64,000 nt of DNA, from contig JAQFVV010000007.1 of NCBI GenBank assembly GCA_028023455.1, forward strand, positions 8,618,001-8,682,000, written 5' to 3'. This document shows, in pieces, positions 62,254 through 64,000 of the stretch. A program made the translations under genes and the position numbers. Numbering within the stretch: position 1 is the stretch's first letter; each line of letters begins with the position of its first letter. The stretch comes from Epiperipatus broadwayi (taxonomy: Eukaryota > Animalia > Onychophora). Below the pieces are notes generated by a model, which made no database searches, was not told the DNA's origin, and saw only the letters and a program-made list of their open reading frames with translations.

Positions 62254-64000
62254 ATATAGTGCTATAAAATTTCCATCTTCAGGCCAGGTTCCGGCTTTTG
62301 TCTTTATAAATGAAAAGATAATTGAATGATTTTATTGCTTGAGAATTCATATGAAGTTTGAGTATTTGAAGCATCAGTACTGAAATTGATTTGAGAACTT
62401 TAGACATTCTATCAATGATTAAACCACTAGAGGCAAAAATAATCAAAATGCTCACTGAAAGTGCCAATACTAGAATCATTACAAGGATTTTCCACTTCAA
62501 AGTCTGCCATTATATCACCGTACTAAACCATACAGGGCCAAAATAATTGAATGGCTTTCTTGTTCAGAAAAACATAAGATGTTCGACCATCAGAAATGCC
62601 AAAACTAGAATCAATTCAAGGACTTTACTCTGCAATCAGACACTCTGCTACTACACTAAACCATACAGGGCCCATCATCATTTATGATTAGGATTCAAAT
62701 TTGGATCTAATGAAGTTGGCTTTCTACCAGACTATCAGTATTATTGAAGCTATTAACATGAGATTTAAAAAAGAGTTTAAGGTTTTAAACCCAGACTAAC
62801 TCACATATTTATATAAATTACTCAAACTTACAAAAGGTGGCTCTGAAGGTAGGATGAAGATTCTTGGAACAATTACAGTAAAATCAAAAACACTTCCAAT
62901 ACTGCTTCAGATAATTCTGTTTTATATAAATCAATCCAATACTTTTTAATTGTCCTATATTTTGACTGCCATTTCATTGTGTTCCTCAATATATTATCCA
63001 TCCTGATATTTTCCTATGTTTCTATACTCATTGTTCAAGTATTTTAATTCATCTTCATTAACTCCTCATTTTTTCCTTAATGTACTGTCATGCAATTTCT
63101 TAACTGCTTCATTGCTTTCTAGATATCCCTCCTTTTTTCCATATGTCATAGCATTGGCTTGGAGGCAAACCCACAACAACCATCTGCAACCAACTGCTTG
63201 CTTGCAAAGTGGCTGTGCTGACCTCTTGGCTAACATCCCTCCTTTTAAACCAGTTTCAATACTCCCAGGATAATCAAATCATTTCTGCATTCTCTTTTTC
63301 AGGTGTAAAGTTAATAATAAATTCTTTTACATTGTTTATTCTTCAATGTAAGAGTTTTTCTTTATATTTTATATTTATTTTATTACTAATAATACATATT
63401 TTCTTCATTATATCCACCTTTTCTTTCTTAAGTATCTTAAGATACTACATCTTAATATTTGCAATCATTTAACTATGATCTAAAACAATGATTATATGCT
63501 ATAAACAATGCAATGGTTTTACTATTGTTGATCATTTTCTTTTTATTAATTATTAATTATATCAATCATTAGAGGCAATCTTTGGTTTACATAAACTATA
63601 TATTTTTGCATAACATGAATTTTGCATAAATCACATATTTTCCTTCAGGTGCATATTTGTAATAACAAAAAAAAAGTGTGAAAATATTTTTAACACTAAA
63701 AATAATGACTACCATATATTGCAAGACAAGTACTTGTAGCAAGAAACACACAAGAATTGAGGATTGTAGACTTGAACATAACATTATTCTTTTGTTTTTA
63801 TACTTTTCATGTGCTAAAAGTTATATACGCAAGTTGGAACTTACAAAACTATTTATGCCATGCACATTGTATTTTATTTTTGTCTAATCTTTTGATTAAC
63901 ATATCCACTTTTTCAGTCTTTCTTTTGGAGTTAAGCTTTGAAAATCACAATTATATTTACTAAATTAACTCTAAAAGACCTTTATTATGTTCATTTCATT

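Noticed and set aside
63000-63440. Purine-rich minus-strand stretch resembling decayed retroelement coding sequence
   Set aside because: Multiple stops and no diagnostic motif.
834-63963. Short ORFs in the supplied six-frame track treated as genes
   Set aside because: Nearly all are 60-100-aa low-complexity ORFs expected in AT-rich DNA, or overlap decayed transposons; none is a complete recognisable host protein.

Overview
AT-rich, CpG-depleted eukaryotic DNA, most likely from an invertebrate animal. There is no long intact ORF. Most of the window looks intronic or intergenic and is full of decayed transposons: two mariner relics, three RTE 3' ends, L1/Tx1-like and other LINE fragments, a hAT MITE with a perfect 8-bp TSD, and short tRNA-derived SINEs with TSDs. 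A few candidate exons of unidentified host genes are also present. The main result is a dense population of non-coding repeat elements (units about 410-460 bp where measurable), here called families A-F, that carry type I hammerhead ribozyme (HHR) motifs: stem I-CUGANGA-stem II-GAAA-palindromic stem III-UH-stem I. About 20 full or partial motifs were read by eye, and 7 have an intact canonical core. They resemble non-LTR retrozymes or non-autonomous Penelope-like (PLE) elements. Eleven insertions are fold-back palindromes, all with the same polarity (antisense arm left, sense arm right). Each family has its own self-complementary stem III. All coordinates were counted by hand; no folding or database search was run.
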